64,000 nucleotides of DNA from an uncultured Microthrixaceae bacterium (GTDB taxonomy: Bacteria > Actinomycetota > Acidimicrobiia > Acidimicrobiales > VFJN01). This document shows positions 1-9,780 of the stretch, piece after piece. Numbering within the stretch: the first letter of the stretch is position 1; every line of letters begins with the position of its first letter. Where the stretch lies: the NCBI GenBank assembly GCA_963717755.1, contig CAVQWY010000003.1, forward strand, positions 96,169 through 160,168, in the 5' to 3' direction. Made by a program: the position numbers and the translations under genes. Below the pieces are notes generated by a model. That model was not told the DNA's origin. It saw nothing but the letters and a program-made list of their open reading frames with translations, and searched no databases.

Positions 1-2323
1 GCCGGGCCCTTGTGCTGCAGGCCACCTCGCTCTCCGACAACGCCCTGGAGGATGCGCTGGCGAGCGGGGCCGACCTCGTCCTCACCGACACCTACCGCCG
101 TCGCATCCAGACCTGGTTCTACGCGATCCGAGACACCCGCGGCCCCACGGAGCGCGCGGGAGAGACCCTCGCCGAGCCGACCGGGTACGACTACCGCATC
201 GACCCCACCCCCGGGGTGCGCGACGATCGACGCACCGTCGTGCACCAGGTGGGAGCGACCGTGACGGCGTCAGGGAGCGGGGGGGCGTCGCGTCCCGAGG
301 ACCGCGCCGCCGTGGCGCTCGACGCCGATCCGCGGACCGCGTGGCGCGTCGGCGGCGCCGATCCCCGGGGTCAGCACCTGCACGTGTCGGTGCCGGCCGG
401 CATCCGCGCCGACCACGTCACGCTGGTCCAGCCGCAGGACGGCCCGCGGGACCGTCGGATCACACGGGTGCGGGTGCGGATCGACGGCGGCGCCCCGATG
501 GAGGTGGAGCTGACCGCGGCGTCGGACTCAGCCGCGGGGCAGGAGGTGCGGTTCCCCGCCACGGAGGTGCACGAGCTCGACGTGGAGATCGCGGCGGTGT
601 CGGTGCCACCGTTCGACCCGGCGCTGGCCAACGCGGTCGGCTTCGCCGAGGTGCGGCTCGAGGACCTCGTGGTCGTCGAACAGGTGCGGGTGCCGACGGA
701 CCTCCTCGAGCGGAGCGACGGCGGGCGCGGTCACCGCATCGACGTCATGCTCACCCGCCTCCGGTACGAGCCGGGCGACCGCGGCCGTCAGGATGCCGAG
801 CGATCGCTCCAGCGCACCTTCTCGTTGCCGGTGTCTCGAACCTTCGGCATCGGGGGCACCATCCGCGTGCAGCCGAACGCGCCGGACGACGTGCTGGACG
901 CGGTCCTGGCCACCGACCTCGCGGGCGCGGTGGTCACCGCCTCGTCGCACCTGGCCGGCGACCTCGGCGCTCGGGCGTCTCGTGCCCTCGACGGCGACGA
1001 CGCCACCGCCTGGCAGGCCGCCTTCGGGCCCCAGGACGGCCAAGGGATCACCATGCAGCTCGCGCGCCCGCGCGGGTCGGCGACCTCGTCGCCCACGTCG
1101 TGCACGACGATCGCCACTCGGTTCCCGGCTCGCTCACCCTCCTGGCTGATGGGGAGCCGGTCGGCACCGTCTCGGTCCCCGCCGCCGACGGTTCCGCACC
1201 CATCATGGTGCCCCTGCCCGATCCCCCGGTCGCCGTTCGCGAGCTGCAGGTCGTGGTCGGAGACGTCACCCGCCGCACGCCCGTGCCGGGCGACCAGAAC
1301 CCGGGCGAGATCCTGCCCGTGGCCATCGCCGAGCTGCAGGGCACCGGCCTGCCGGTGGCCGTCGACGGGACCGCCGTGAGCGCGACCTGTCGGCCGCTCC
1401 TCACGCTCGACGGCCAGCCGCTCCCGGTCCGCGCCCTCGGGGCACCGGCTGACGCTCGGTTGGGGCTCGCACTGGAGCCGTGCGACGGTCCGGTCGCGCT
1501 GGAGGAGGGCACCCACACGGTGGCGTCGCGCGTCGGCCTCGACGAGGGCTTCGACGTCGATCGCCTCATCCTGAGCTCGGCGGCCGACGGCACCCCGGCC
1601 AGCATCGAGGCTCGGGGCGCGCCGCGCTCGGGAGCCGGCGCCGAGGTCGACGTGCAAGGTGAGGACCGGGGCACCGACTACGACCTCGCCGTGCGCACAG
1701 ACGGCGAGCCCTTCTGGCTCGTGCTGGGGCAGAGCGACAACCGCGGGTGGTCGCTGGGGGTGGACGGCGCCACCGTGGGGGAGCGCCAGATCGTGGACGG
1801 CTACGCCAACGGGTGGCTCATCACTCCCGACGGCCCGGGCGACCTGGCCATCTCCGTGACGTGGGGGCCCCAGCGGCTCGTGTGGCTCTCCCTGGTGCTG
1901 TCGGCCATGGCGGTGGTCGTGTGCATCGTGCTGATCGTCGGGAGCCGGCGACGGCCGGGCAGAGACCCGGGCGACGACGCGCCGCCGGCCTTCGCCCAGC
2001 CCAGCCCCGGGTGGGCGCCGCTGACCCCCGGCGCGCCCGGGCTGGCCGTGGCGGTGGGCGTGGTGGTGCTCCTCGTGGCCACCCCGCTGGCCGCGGTCGT
2101 GGCCAGCGCGTCGGTGCTCGTCGGCCTGCTCGTGCCGCGGGCGACGTGGGCATGGCTGGTCGCCGCCCCCGGCCTGGTGCTGGCGGCTCGCTGGCTGGAC
2201 CGACCGGAGCTGGCGTGGGTGGCGCTCGCCCTCGTGCTCGCCGACCTCACCGTCGAGCGGTGGTCGGCGCGCTCCGTCAGAGCTCGCCGAGGACCGGGTC
2301 GAGGGTCAGCTCCGGCAGGGTGA
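1..2323 (+). CDS. AftD-like (DUF3367-type) arabinofuranosyltransferase, C-terminal part; 5' end lies outside the window
   Basis: An open frame enters from the window edge (track ORF 12..1379) and continues in the frame of ORF 341..2323. It has discoidin/F5-8-C-like modules (DADPRTAWRVGG, DGDDATAWQAAFG) followed by C-terminal TM helices. There is one frame change near 1075 in a G run. Confidence 0.5.
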   Translation, partial: PGPCAAGHLALRQRPGGCAGERGRPRPHRHLPPSHPDLVLRDPRHPRPHGARGRDPRRADRVRLPHRPHPRGARRSTHRRAPGGSDRDGVRERGGVASRGPRRRGARRRSADRVARRRRRSPGSAPARVGAGRHPRRPRHAGPAAGRPAGPSDHTGAGADRRRRPDGGGADRGVGLSRGAGGAVPRHGGARARRGDRGGVGATVRPGAGQRGRLRRGAARGPRGRRTGAGADGPPRAERRRARSPHRRHAHPPPVRAGRPRPSGCRAIAPAHLLVAGVSNLRHRGHHPRAAERAGRRAGRGPGHRPRGRGGHRLVAPGRRPRRSGVSCPRRRRRHRLAGRLRAPGRPRDHHAARAPARVGDLVAHVVHDDRHSVPGSLTLLADGEPVGTVSVPAADGSAPIMVPLPDPPVAVRELQVVVGDVTRRTPVPGDQNPGEILPVAIAELQGTGLPVAVDGTAVSATCRPLLTLDGQPLPVRALGAPADARLGLALEPCDGPVALEEGTHTVASRVGLDEGFDVDRLILSSAADGTPASIEARGAPRSGAGAEVDVQGEDRGTDYDLAVRTDGEPFWLVLGQSDNRGWSLGVDGATVGERQIVDGYANGWLITPDGPGDLAISVTWGPQRLVWLSLVLSAMAVVVCIVLIVGSRRRPGRDPGDDAPPAFAQPSPGWAPLTPGAPGLAVAVGVVVLLVATPLAAVVASASVLVGLLVPRATWAWLVAAPGLVLAARWLDRPELAWVALALVLADLTVERWSARSVRARRGPGRGSAPAG

Positions 2324-4196
2324 GCCGATCCTCCCAGCGCGCCTCGGGGGTACCCGGGCGTCGCACGTTCCGGGCGGCCGTGCCCGGCGCGAGGAGGGTG
2401 ACGTCGCCGTCGGTGACGCGCACGTAGAACGATCGCTGGACCTTGGGCGAGCGACTGTCGTCCCCGGTGCCGAGCCGCACCTCGAGCGTGTGCAGGCCAT
2501 CGGGCAGCCCCAAGGCCGCCACGTCGATGTCGCAGGGTCCGGCGGCCGTCACCGGTGTGACGGGTCCCACCAGCGCGCCGTCCACCTCCACCCAGCGCAC
2601 CGTCACCTCGCCGTCGAGCGGTCGCACGGTGCCCGTGAGGTGCACGGGCCCCTCGAGGACCTCCATGCGGGTGAGGCCCACGTGCGGCGTGCGCGGGTGC
2701 TCGGTCGGGAGCAGGTCGATCACCGAGAGGTCGGCGCGCTGGAGGTACGGCGTCCGGTCGGGGTTCGCCTGCACGAGATCGAGGAGCTCCGGGCCCGAGT
2801 CGGACGCGAAGAGGATGCGCGCGTCGAGGTCGGCGCCGTTGTCGCCGAACGGGTTGACGAACAGCAGGTACCCGGGCGGGGACGGCACCACCAGTGCGCG
2901 CCCGTCGATCGCCTCGACGGAGTCCTTCCACGGGAGGTTGGCCTCGGAGAGGTCGTGGTTCACGCGCAAGCGGTTGGCCGTGACGGGCACGGTGACCGCG
3001 AGCAGCGCTCCCACCAGGCCGAGGGCGAGGCCGGGTCGCCGACGGCCGAGCTCGACGAGGGCCAGCGCCATGAGCGCGCACAGAGGAGCGAACGAGGGGA
3101 TGTAGTAGATCGGCCCGCTCAGCCGTGCCGTCAACGATGAGATGTGGGTGCCGAAGAACGCGAGGTAGGCCACCGGGAACGCGAGCCCCAGCGCCACGAG
3201 GTGCCAGACGGCTCGATCCCGACGGTGGGCCCAGGCGCCGGCGGCGGCCACCAGCGCGCCCAGGTGCGCCCCCGCCAGGAAGAACGGCAGCCAGAACGAG
3301 TTGCGGCCCGTGCTCTCCAGCGCCAATCGCTTGCCGTAGGCGATCTTGTCGAAGCCGGGCATGAGCCGCCGCCTGCCGAACCCGAACTGGTCCAGCGGAT
3401 CCGCCACGGTGATCGGGAACTCGGTGGGGCTGCCGGTGAGGTGCCGGTTGAGCAGCAGGGTGGCCACCACGAGGGGGACGAGGCCCACCGCGGTCCAGGC
3501 CGCCCAGCGCACGAGTGCTCGCAGCTCCGAGCGGTGGGTCACCACCAGGGGCACGGCGGCGACGAGGGCCCACACGACGGCGTCGTACGGGCGCGTGAGG
3601 AACACCCAGCCGAGGAGGACGCCGGCCGCCACCAGGCGCGGGCGCCGGTCGAGGCGGACCCCGCTCAGCAGCGCGCTCACGAAGAGCAGGCCCAGGCCGA
3701 GCGTCAAGAGGTAGTTCAGGTGGACGCCGCTCTGCACGGCGAGGATCGGCGACGCCAGCATGAGCGCGGCGGCGACCGTCGCGACCACCCGGTCGCGGAG
3801 CAGCTCGTGCACGAGCATCCACGTGCCGACGACGGCCAACGCGGCGCCGGCGGCCACGCCGAGGTCTGGGCTGCCCAGGAGCGAGCCGATGAGCAGGACC
3901 AGCGGCCAGCCCAGCGTGTACTGCGAGAACAGCGTGCCGTCGCGGGCCGCGCTCAGCCAGGGCTGGAAGAGGTCGGGGTAGCCGCCGTCGGGGGTGGAGA
4001 GCTGGCCGGCCCGGAGCACCTCGACGTGCCACAGGTACACGGGCTCGTCGCGGTTCCACGACAGCCCGGGGTACACGACCTGTTGCACGACCAGCGAGAG
4101 CGCGAACGCGGCCAGGGCCAGCGTCGGGAGGGCCCAACGAGAGGCGAGCGCCCTGCCGAGGCGAGCCGGCCAGCCGGTCTGGTTGGGGGCCTCCAC
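2277..4196 (-). CDS. GT-C fold (ArnT/PMT-like) membrane glycosyltransferase
   Basis: Intact 639-aa ORF with many TM helices in the first ~400 aa and a soluble C-terminal domain. The assignment rests on architecture only. It overlaps the convergent AftD-like gene by 47 nt. Confidence 0.55.
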   Translation of the reverse strand: MEAPNQTGWPARLGRALASRWALPTLALAAFALSLVVQQVVYPGLSWNRDEPVYLWHVEVLRAGQLSTPDGGYPDLFQPWLSAARDGTLFSQYTLGWPLVLLIGSLLGSPDLGVAAGAALAVVGTWMLVHELLRDRVVATVAAALMLASPILAVQSGVHLNYLLTLGLGLLFVSALLSGVRLDRRPRLVAAGVLLGWVFLTRPYDAVVWALVAAVPLVVTHRSELRALVRWAAWTAVGLVPLVVATLLLNRHLTGSPTEFPITVADPLDQFGFGRRRLMPGFDKIAYGKRLALESTGRNSFWLPFFLAGAHLGALVAAAGAWAHRRDRAVWHLVALGLAFPVAYLAFFGTHISSLTARLSGPIYYIPSFAPLCALMALALVELGRRRPGLALGLVGALLAVTVPVTANRLRVNHDLSEANLPWKDSVEAIDGRALVVPSPPGYLLFVNPFGDNGADLDARILFASDSGPELLDLVQANPDRTPYLQRADLSVIDLLPTEHPRTPHVGLTRMEVLEGPVHLTGTVRPLDGEVTVRWVEVDGALVGPVTPVTAAGPCDIDVAALGLPDGLHTLEVRLGTGDDSRSPKVQRSFYVRVTDGDVTLLAPGTAARNVRRPGTPEARWEDRLTLPELTLDPVLGEL

Positions 4197-4220
4197 GAGC
4201 GGTCGAACCTACACCGGGCC

Positions 4221-4472
4221 GTGCCGGTCACCCGCTTCTGGCGCCGGACGCGCGAACCTGGGTGGGTGACGACCTCCGCGGCCCCCGACGTCCTGTCCTT
4301 CGCCTGCCCGCGCTGCCAGGCGCCCGTCGACGAGCCGTTCTACGGCCCGTGCACCGGTTGCCGGGCCACGCTGCGCCGCACGCTGGGGAACGAGGCCCAG
4401 GCGGTCGAGGCCACCGCCTTCGAGCCGGCCATGCACGTCACCCCGAACGCGGTGGCACTGAAGGACGACTGA
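4221..4472 (+). CDS. Small zinc-ribbon protein (CPRC..CTGC), hypothetical
   Basis: Tail of track ORF 3144..4472. GTG starts are possible at 4221 or 4266. GC3 is high and there are two CxxC pairs. Confidence 0.35.
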   Translation: MPVTRFWRRTREPGWVTTSAAPDVLSFACPRCQAPVDEPFYGPCTGCRATLRRTLGNEAQAVEATAFEPAMHVTPNAVALKDD

Positions 4473-4481
4473 GCACCCGGG

Positions 4482-5378
4482 CTACCGCCCGGCGATGGGC
4501 TCGATGCGGACCTTGGGGCCGTACTTCGGAGCCGAGACCCCCGCCGACTCGATGAGCAGGCACACCCGGCCGCGATGCCCGTCAAACGGCTCGAGCAGCT
4601 CGAGCATCCGGTCATCGGTGCCCCGTGGCTCCCCGGCGAGGGCGAAGGCGACCAGGTTCTTGAGGTGGAAGTCGCCGACGCTCACGGCGTCGGCGTCACC
4701 GTGCGCGAGGCGCGCGACCTCGGCGGAGGTCCACAGGCCGACGCCGGGGATGGCCTCGAGCCGCTCGCGCAGCTCGGCGGTGCTCCGCTCGCCGGCCGCT
4801 TCGAGGCGGGCGGCGTGGGCACAGGCCCGCTTGAGGGTGTCGGCCCGCTTCTTCTCCACCCCGAGCACGTGGAGCTCGTAGTAGCCGAGCTCGGCGATCA
4901 CCTCGGGAGCCGGGGGGAGGCGGAGCCCGCCCGGACCCGGAGCGGGCTCGCCCCACCGCTCCACGAGCTGCCGGAAGGCGCGCTTGGCCTCGAACCCGGT
5001 GACCCTCTGGCTGAGGATGGCCGGCACGAGCGCCTCGAGCACCCGCTGGGTCCGCGGGAGGCGGAGGCCGTCTGCGTGACGGTGCAGGCCGGCGACGACG
5101 GGGTGCGACGGCGCGAACCCCGCGCGGTCGTCGAGGATGCCCAGCGCGCTCGGTGCCATGGCCAGCGCCCACTCGGCGCCGTCCCCCCACGCCTCCACCT
5201 CGAGCCGGTCGCCGAGGTGCTCGACCCGCAACGTGGCCGGTCCGTCCGGAGTGCGAGAGGCCCGCAGCATGTTGTCCCGCACGAGGTTCACGGTCGGGTC
5301 GTGCTTGCCGAGGCGCACCGGGCGCAGCGACCGTCGCAGGTCGAGCGCGAAGGGCAGGGGGATGGTGCGCCGGGCCAT
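4482..5378 (-). CDS. HhH-GPD DNA glycosylase (AlkA-like 3-methyladenine glycosylase II)
   Basis: Intact 298-aa ORF. It carries a helix-hairpin-helix plus Asp block: LEAIPGVGLWTSAEVARLAHGDADAVSVGDFHL. Confidence 0.75.
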   Translation of the reverse strand: MARRTIPLPFALDLRRSLRPVRLGKHDPTVNLVRDNMLRASRTPDGPATLRVEHLGDRLEVEAWGDGAEWALAMAPSALGILDDRAGFAPSHPVVAGLHRHADGLRLPRTQRVLEALVPAILSQRVTGFEAKRAFRQLVERWGEPAPGPGGLRLPPAPEVIAELGYYELHVLGVEKKRADTLKRACAHAARLEAAGERSTAELRERLEAIPGVGLWTSAEVARLAHGDADAVSVGDFHLKNLVAFALAGEPRGTDDRMLELLEPFDGHRGRVCLLIESAGVSAPKYGPKVRIEPIAGR

Positions 5379-5390
5379 GGGGATCAGACG

Positions 5391-7020
5391 CTAGGTGCTG
5401 GCCTTCTCGGCCGCCCACCGGTAGTCGGGCTTGCCGCTCGGGCTGCGCTCCACCTGCGGGACGCGCACGAACGCCTTCGGGAGCTTGTAGCGAGCCACGT
5501 GGGCCGCCGCCGTGTCGCGCAGCTCGTCGTCCGTGGGGTCGGTCCCGGGTCGCAGCTGCACCACCGCCACGACCTCCTGCCCCCACCGCTCGCTGGGTCG
5601 ACCCACCACGACGACGTCGAACACCGCGGAGTGTCGCTTGAGCGCTTGCTCGACCTCTTCCGCGAACACCTTCTCGCCGCCGGTGTTGATGGTCACCGAG
5701 TCGCGGCCGTGCAGCTCCACGGATCCGTCGGCGAGCACGCGAGCTCGATCGCCGGCCACCGCATGGCGGACGCCGTCGACGAGCGGGAAGGTGCGGGCCG
5801 TCTTGTCGGGATCGCCGAGGTAGCCGCGCGGCACCCGCCCCGTCTGCGCGAGCCACCCGAGCTCGGCCGCGCCGGGTGACAGCACCGCCTGGAGGTCGGC
5901 GGACAGCACCACGCTGGTGGGGGAGCGGACGAAGGCACCGGTGCCCGATCCGCTCGCCTGATCGGAGGTGTGGACGCCCTGGCGGCCGGTCTCGGACGAG
6001 CCGAGCACGTCGACGATCCGCAGGCCGGGGACCAGCTCGAGGAGCTCGTCCTTCACGTGCGCCGACAGCGTGGCGCCGCCCGTCAGCAGGTAGCGGAGCC
6101 CAGAGGCGTCGTGGTTGCCGGCCTGCAGGGCGTCGACGAGGGGCCGGGCGAAGGCGTCGCCGACGATCAGGAGCGACGTGGCCCGCTCTCGGGCGAGCGT
6201 GTCGAGCACGTCGTGGGGATCGAGCCGGGCGGGGTCGTCCTGGATGACGACGGTGCCGCCTGCGATCCAGGTGGACACCGCGTTCCAGTGGGCAGCGCCG
6301 TGCATGAACGGCGGGGCCGGCAGGGCTCGCAGGCGGGACCCGCGGGCCGCCTCCACGAGCTCGTCCGTGGTCTGGTCGACGCCGAGGCACGCGGCCAGGA
6401 AGTCGGCCTGACGCCAGAGCACGCCCTTGGGCATGCCGGTGGTGCCGCCGGTGTACAGGATGTAGAGGTCGTCGGGGGACAGCCCGGCGGGAGGGGTGGG
6501 AGTCGCGCCGGCGAGGGCGTCCTCGTAGGGCACCGCGCCGGGCAGCAGCTCGCCGCCGGATCCGTCGTCGACCTGGAGCAGCAACCGCACCTGGGGGAGG
6601 GACGGGAGCACCTCGGCCAGCGTCGGCGCAAACGTGGTGTGGAAGATCACCGCGGTGGCGCCGCTGTCGGCGAGCACGTAGCGGAGCTCCTCGGCGACGT
6701 AGCGGTAGTTGATGTTGATGGCCGCGCACCGTGCCTTGGCCGCGCCGACCATGCCCTCGAGGTACTCGTTGCCGTTGTGGAGGTACAGCGCCACGTGGTC
6801 GTGCGGCGACTCCCACCCGTCGAGCTCGGCCAGCTCGCCGTGGCAGCCGAGGCCCGCGCGTCCGGAGGACCGCGGCCAGGCGCCGAGTCCGATCCGTGAC
6901 CTCGGCCCAGGTGAGCCGCCGGTCGCGCCACACGATGCACTCGCGCTCGGGCACCTCCGCCGCGATCGCCTCGTGCACGGCGGCCAGGTTCAGCTCCTCG
7001 GGCACCTCGCGCACGGCCAT
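5391..7020 (-). CDS. Acyl-CoA synthetase (AMP-binding, FadD-like), one frame change
   Basis: The N-terminus MAVREVPEELNLAAVHEAIA.. lies in the frame of ORF 4696..7020 and the rest in ORF 5391..6794. Motifs: YILYTGGTTGMPKG, GSSETG, TGGEKV. The frame change is near 6847 (GG appears as GGG). Confidence 0.7.
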
Positions 7021-7058
7021 CGGGCTGCGAACCTACGCAACGCGCGAGGCTGCGAGCC

Positions 7059-7862
7059 ATGTCGACCGTGCTCGTGTCCCGACCCGCGGAGGGCGTGACC
7101 CTCCTCACGCTCAACCGCCCCGAGAAGCTGAACGCCATGGACGTCACGCTCGTCGCAGAGCTCCACGAGGCGCTGGCGGACGCCGGCGGTGACCGCGCGT
7201 GCCGCGTGATCGTGCTCACGGGTGCGGGACGCGGGTTCTGTGCCGGCCTCGACCTGGCGGGCTACGGCACCGCGCCGGACGGCGACGGGCGCGGGCCGGT
7301 GGGTGCCGGGTTCGCCACCCAGCAGCACATCGCGGCGCTGGTGCCGCGGCTGCGCAGCCTGCACCAGCCGGTGATCGCGGCGGTGAACGGCCCGGCGGCG
7401 GGCGGTGGGCTGGCGCTGGCCCTGGGATCCGACGTCCGCATCGCCGCTCGTTCGGCGCGCTTCAACGTTGCCTTCGTGCGGATCGGCCTCTCCGGCTGCG
7501 ACATCGGCACGAGCTGGTTGCTGCCGCGGCTCATCGGCGCGTCACGGGCATGGGAGCTGATGCTCACCGGGCGCGTGATCGACAGCGCGGAGGCGGATCA
7601 CATCGGGCTCGTCACCAGGGTGGTCGACGACGACGCCTTGCTCGACGCCGCGCTGGAGACGGCTGGTCAGATCGTCGCCAACAGCCCGTGGGGCGTGCGG
7701 ATGACGAAGGAGGTGGCGTGGAGCCAGCTCGAGGTCGGCAGCCTGCAGGCGGGCATCGACCTCGAGAACCGCACCCAGATCCTGTCGTCGTTCACCGACG
7801 ACATGCGCGAGGCGATGACGGCGTTCCTCGCCAAGCGCCCACCCGAGTACAACCACCGCTGA
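7059..7862 (+). CDS. Enoyl-CoA hydratase/isomerase (crotonase)
   Basis: Intact 267-aa ORF with GAGRGFCAGLDL and AAVNGPAAGGG. Confidence 0.8.
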   Translation: MSTVLVSRPAEGVTLLTLNRPEKLNAMDVTLVAELHEALADAGGDRACRVIVLTGAGRGFCAGLDLAGYGTAPDGDGRGPVGAGFATQQHIAALVPRLRSLHQPVIAAVNGPAAGGGLALALGSDVRIAARSARFNVAFVRIGLSGCDIGTSWLLPRLIGASRAWELMLTGRVIDSAEADHIGLVTRVVDDDALLDAALETAGQIVANSPWGVRMTKEVAWSQLEVGSLQAGIDLENRTQILSSFTDDMREAMTAFLAKRPPEYNHR

Positions 7863-7867
7863 CCCAG

Positions 7868-7922
7868 CAACGTCTGTGGTCGATTTCGTCCGCATGGCGA
7901 ACGTTTTCGACCAGAGACGTTG
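7868..7922. repeat. 55-nt two-tier palindromic element, copy 1 (inverted orientation)
   Basis: Sequence is caacgtctgtggtcga..cgaccagagacgttg, with arms of 15-16 nt and one mismatch. By hand alignment 50/55 positions match the reverse complement of the 45646 copy. It lies between convergent stop codons. Confidence 0.7.
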
Positions 7923-8390
7923 TCACTTGTCCGTGACGGTGACCGTGTTCATCTTGTCGCCGACCTGGATCGACTGGGCGATCTCGATGCCGGTGGTGAC
8001 GTTGCCGAACAGGTTGTAGAGGGGCTGCAGCTTGTCCTGGCAGTCGTCGATGCAGATGAAGAACTGCGAGCCGTTGGTGTCGGGGCCCGCGTTGGCCATC
8101 GCCAGCGCACCGAGGACGTACGGCGCCTTCACGGGCTCGTCGGCGAACTTGTAGCCAGGCCCGCCGCGCCCGCTGCCCTCGGGGTCGCCACCCTGGATGA
8201 CGAAGCCGGGGACGACGCGGTGGAACGTGAGGCCGTCGTAGAACCCGTTCCGGGCGTTCACGACGAAGTTGTTGACGGTGATCGGCGCCAGCTCGGCGTC
8301 GAGGGTGGCGACGATGTCGCCCTTGTCGGTGGCGAACACCACCTCGAACTTGGCGGCGGGATCGATCTCGAAGGCGGGGGCGCTGGGCAT
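7923..8390 (-). CDS. Cyclophilin-type peptidyl-prolyl cis-trans isomerase
   Basis: Intact 155-aa ORF with FHRVVPGFVIQGGDP and MANAGPDTNGSQFFI. Confidence 0.9.
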   Translation of the reverse strand: MPSAPAFEIDPAAKFEVVFATDKGDIVATLDAELAPITVNNFVVNARNGFYDGLTFHRVVPGFVIQGGDPEGSGRGGPGYKFADEPVKAPYVLGALAMANAGPDTNGSQFFICIDDCQDKLQPLYNLFGNVTTGIEIAQSIQVGDKMNTVTVTDK

Positions 8391-9042
8391 GGGGACCTAC
8401 GCTATCGCCGTGCCGGAGCCCCTCGACGCCCGTGAGCGACGTGAGCTCTGCGATCTGCTCGAGGAGCTCGGACCCGATGCCCCGACCCTGTGCGAGGGCT
8501 GGACCACGTTCGACATGGCCGCCCACCTGGTGGTGCGCGAGCGGGATCCGAGGTCCGCGCCCGGGATCCTGTTCGGGGGTCGCTTCGAGCGGGGGCTCGA
8601 CAAGCTGATGGACCGGGCCAAGGCGAAGGGCTACCCGACGCTGGTGGACCGGGTGCGCAACGGGCCACCGCTCGGGCCCATGGCGGTGCCCGGGCTCCGG
8701 ACGCTCCTGAACCTGCCGGAGTACGTCGTCCACCACGAGGACGTCCGCCGGGCCAACGGGCGCGGCCCGCGGACCGATCGCGACGACCTGCAGGACGCGG
8801 TGTGGTCCCTGGTCCGGCGCCAGGCACGGCTCATGCTCCGCAAGGTGCGGGGCGCGCGGGTCACGGTGGAGCGCACCGGTGGGGGAGCCGCCCGTTCAGG
8901 GTCAGGGCCCGAGGTGGTGCTCGCGGGCGAGGCGGTGGAGGTGCTGCTGTACCTGTTCGGGCGCCGCGACGCGGCGCAGGTGGCGATCACGGGTGATCCC
9001 GGCGCGCAGCAGGCGCTGGCCGACGCCCAGCTCGGGCTCTAG
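8389..9042 (+). CDS. DinB-fold, mycothiol-dependent maleylpyruvate-isomerase-like protein (TIGR03085-like)
   Basis: From M41 of track ORF 8269..9042. Motif: ARERRELCDLLEELGPDAPTLCEGWTTFDMAAHLVVRE. An alternative GTG start is at 8410. Confidence 0.55.
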   Translation: MGTYAIAVPEPLDARERRELCDLLEELGPDAPTLCEGWTTFDMAAHLVVRERDPRSAPGILFGGRFERGLDKLMDRAKAKGYPTLVDRVRNGPPLGPMAVPGLRTLLNLPEYVVHHEDVRRANGRGPRTDRDDLQDAVWSLVRRQARLMLRKVRGARVTVERTGGGAARSGSGPEVVLAGEAVEVLLYLFGRRDAAQVAITGDPGAQQALADAQLGL

Positions 9043-9046
9043 GTCA

Positions 9047-9072
9047 GCGAGGCCGGAGGCGACCGGCTTCGC
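9047..9072. terminator. GC-rich hairpin between convergent genes
   Basis: gcgaggccgg-aggcga-ccggcttcgc forms a 10-bp stem with one G:U pair. There is no T tract. Confidence 0.4.
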
Positions 9073-9137
9073 CGTGTCGCCGGGAGGCACTTGCAGAGGG
9101 CGCCCCGAGCGAAGCGATGACCGAAGCAAGCAGCCAC

Positions 9138-9747
9138 TCAGCTCGCGGCGACGATGCCGCGGCTGCGAAGGCCCGTGAGGCCCTCCCACAGCACCGCGAA
9201 GAGCACGTCGGTGGCCCGCTCCAGCCCCGAGTCGCGGTAGTCGACCCAGTCCTGGGCGCCGGCTTCGAGGAGACCCACCACGCCCCGCGCGACGAGTCGG
9301 GCGGTCGGGCCTGCGCCCCACGCGGCGGCGATCCGCTCGATGCGCTCGCGGCGTGCCGCCTGGATGGCCGGGTGCTGGAGCGACGCCGGCCGCGGCCATG
9401 ACGTTCCACGCCGCCTCGTTGTCGCGCGCGAACACCAAGTAGCGGCGGATGATGCGCCGCAGCCGCACCTCGTCGGGCAAGCGGTCGTCGAGCGCCCGCC
9501 CGAGCTCGCGGTCGAGCTGCTCGAGGTTGTGGAGGTACACGGCGGCGATGAGCCCGCCGCGATCGCCGAAGTACGCGTACACGAGCGACCGCGACACGCC
9601 GCCGGCGTCGGCGACCTCCTCGAAGCTCACGTCGCTGGGGTCGCGTCCGCGGAAGACACCCGACGCCGCCTCCACCAGGAGCGCGCGTCGCGTCACAGGG
9701 TCGAGCCGCAGGTGGGACTTGGACTCCTTGATCGGACGCTCGCTCAT
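9138..9747 (-). CDS. TetR family transcriptional regulator, one frame change
   Basis: The N-terminal HTH (SFEEVADAGGVSRSLVYAYFGDRGG) is in ORF 8902..9747. The C-terminus (..QHPAIQAARRERIERIAAAWGAGPTARLV..LTGLRSRGIVAAS) is read in another frame and ends at TGA 9138-9140. The frame change is near 9380. Confidence 0.7.
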
Positions 9748-9780
9748 GGGACCCCCTCGGGGCAGAGCCGATCGGATGGC

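Noticed and set aside
1801-4137. A 778-aa ORF on the minus strand. Similar very long ORFs occur at 3144..4472(+), 4575..5879(+), 10604..11848(+), 42823..44780(+), 47482..49278(-), 47907..49640(+), 52634..54976(-), 54591..55949(-) and 59725..61509(-).
   Set aside because: These are shadow ORFs typical of ~70% GC DNA. Their translations are Arg/Pro/Gly/Ala-rich with no motifs, and each lies out of frame with or antisense to a gene that has clear family signatures.
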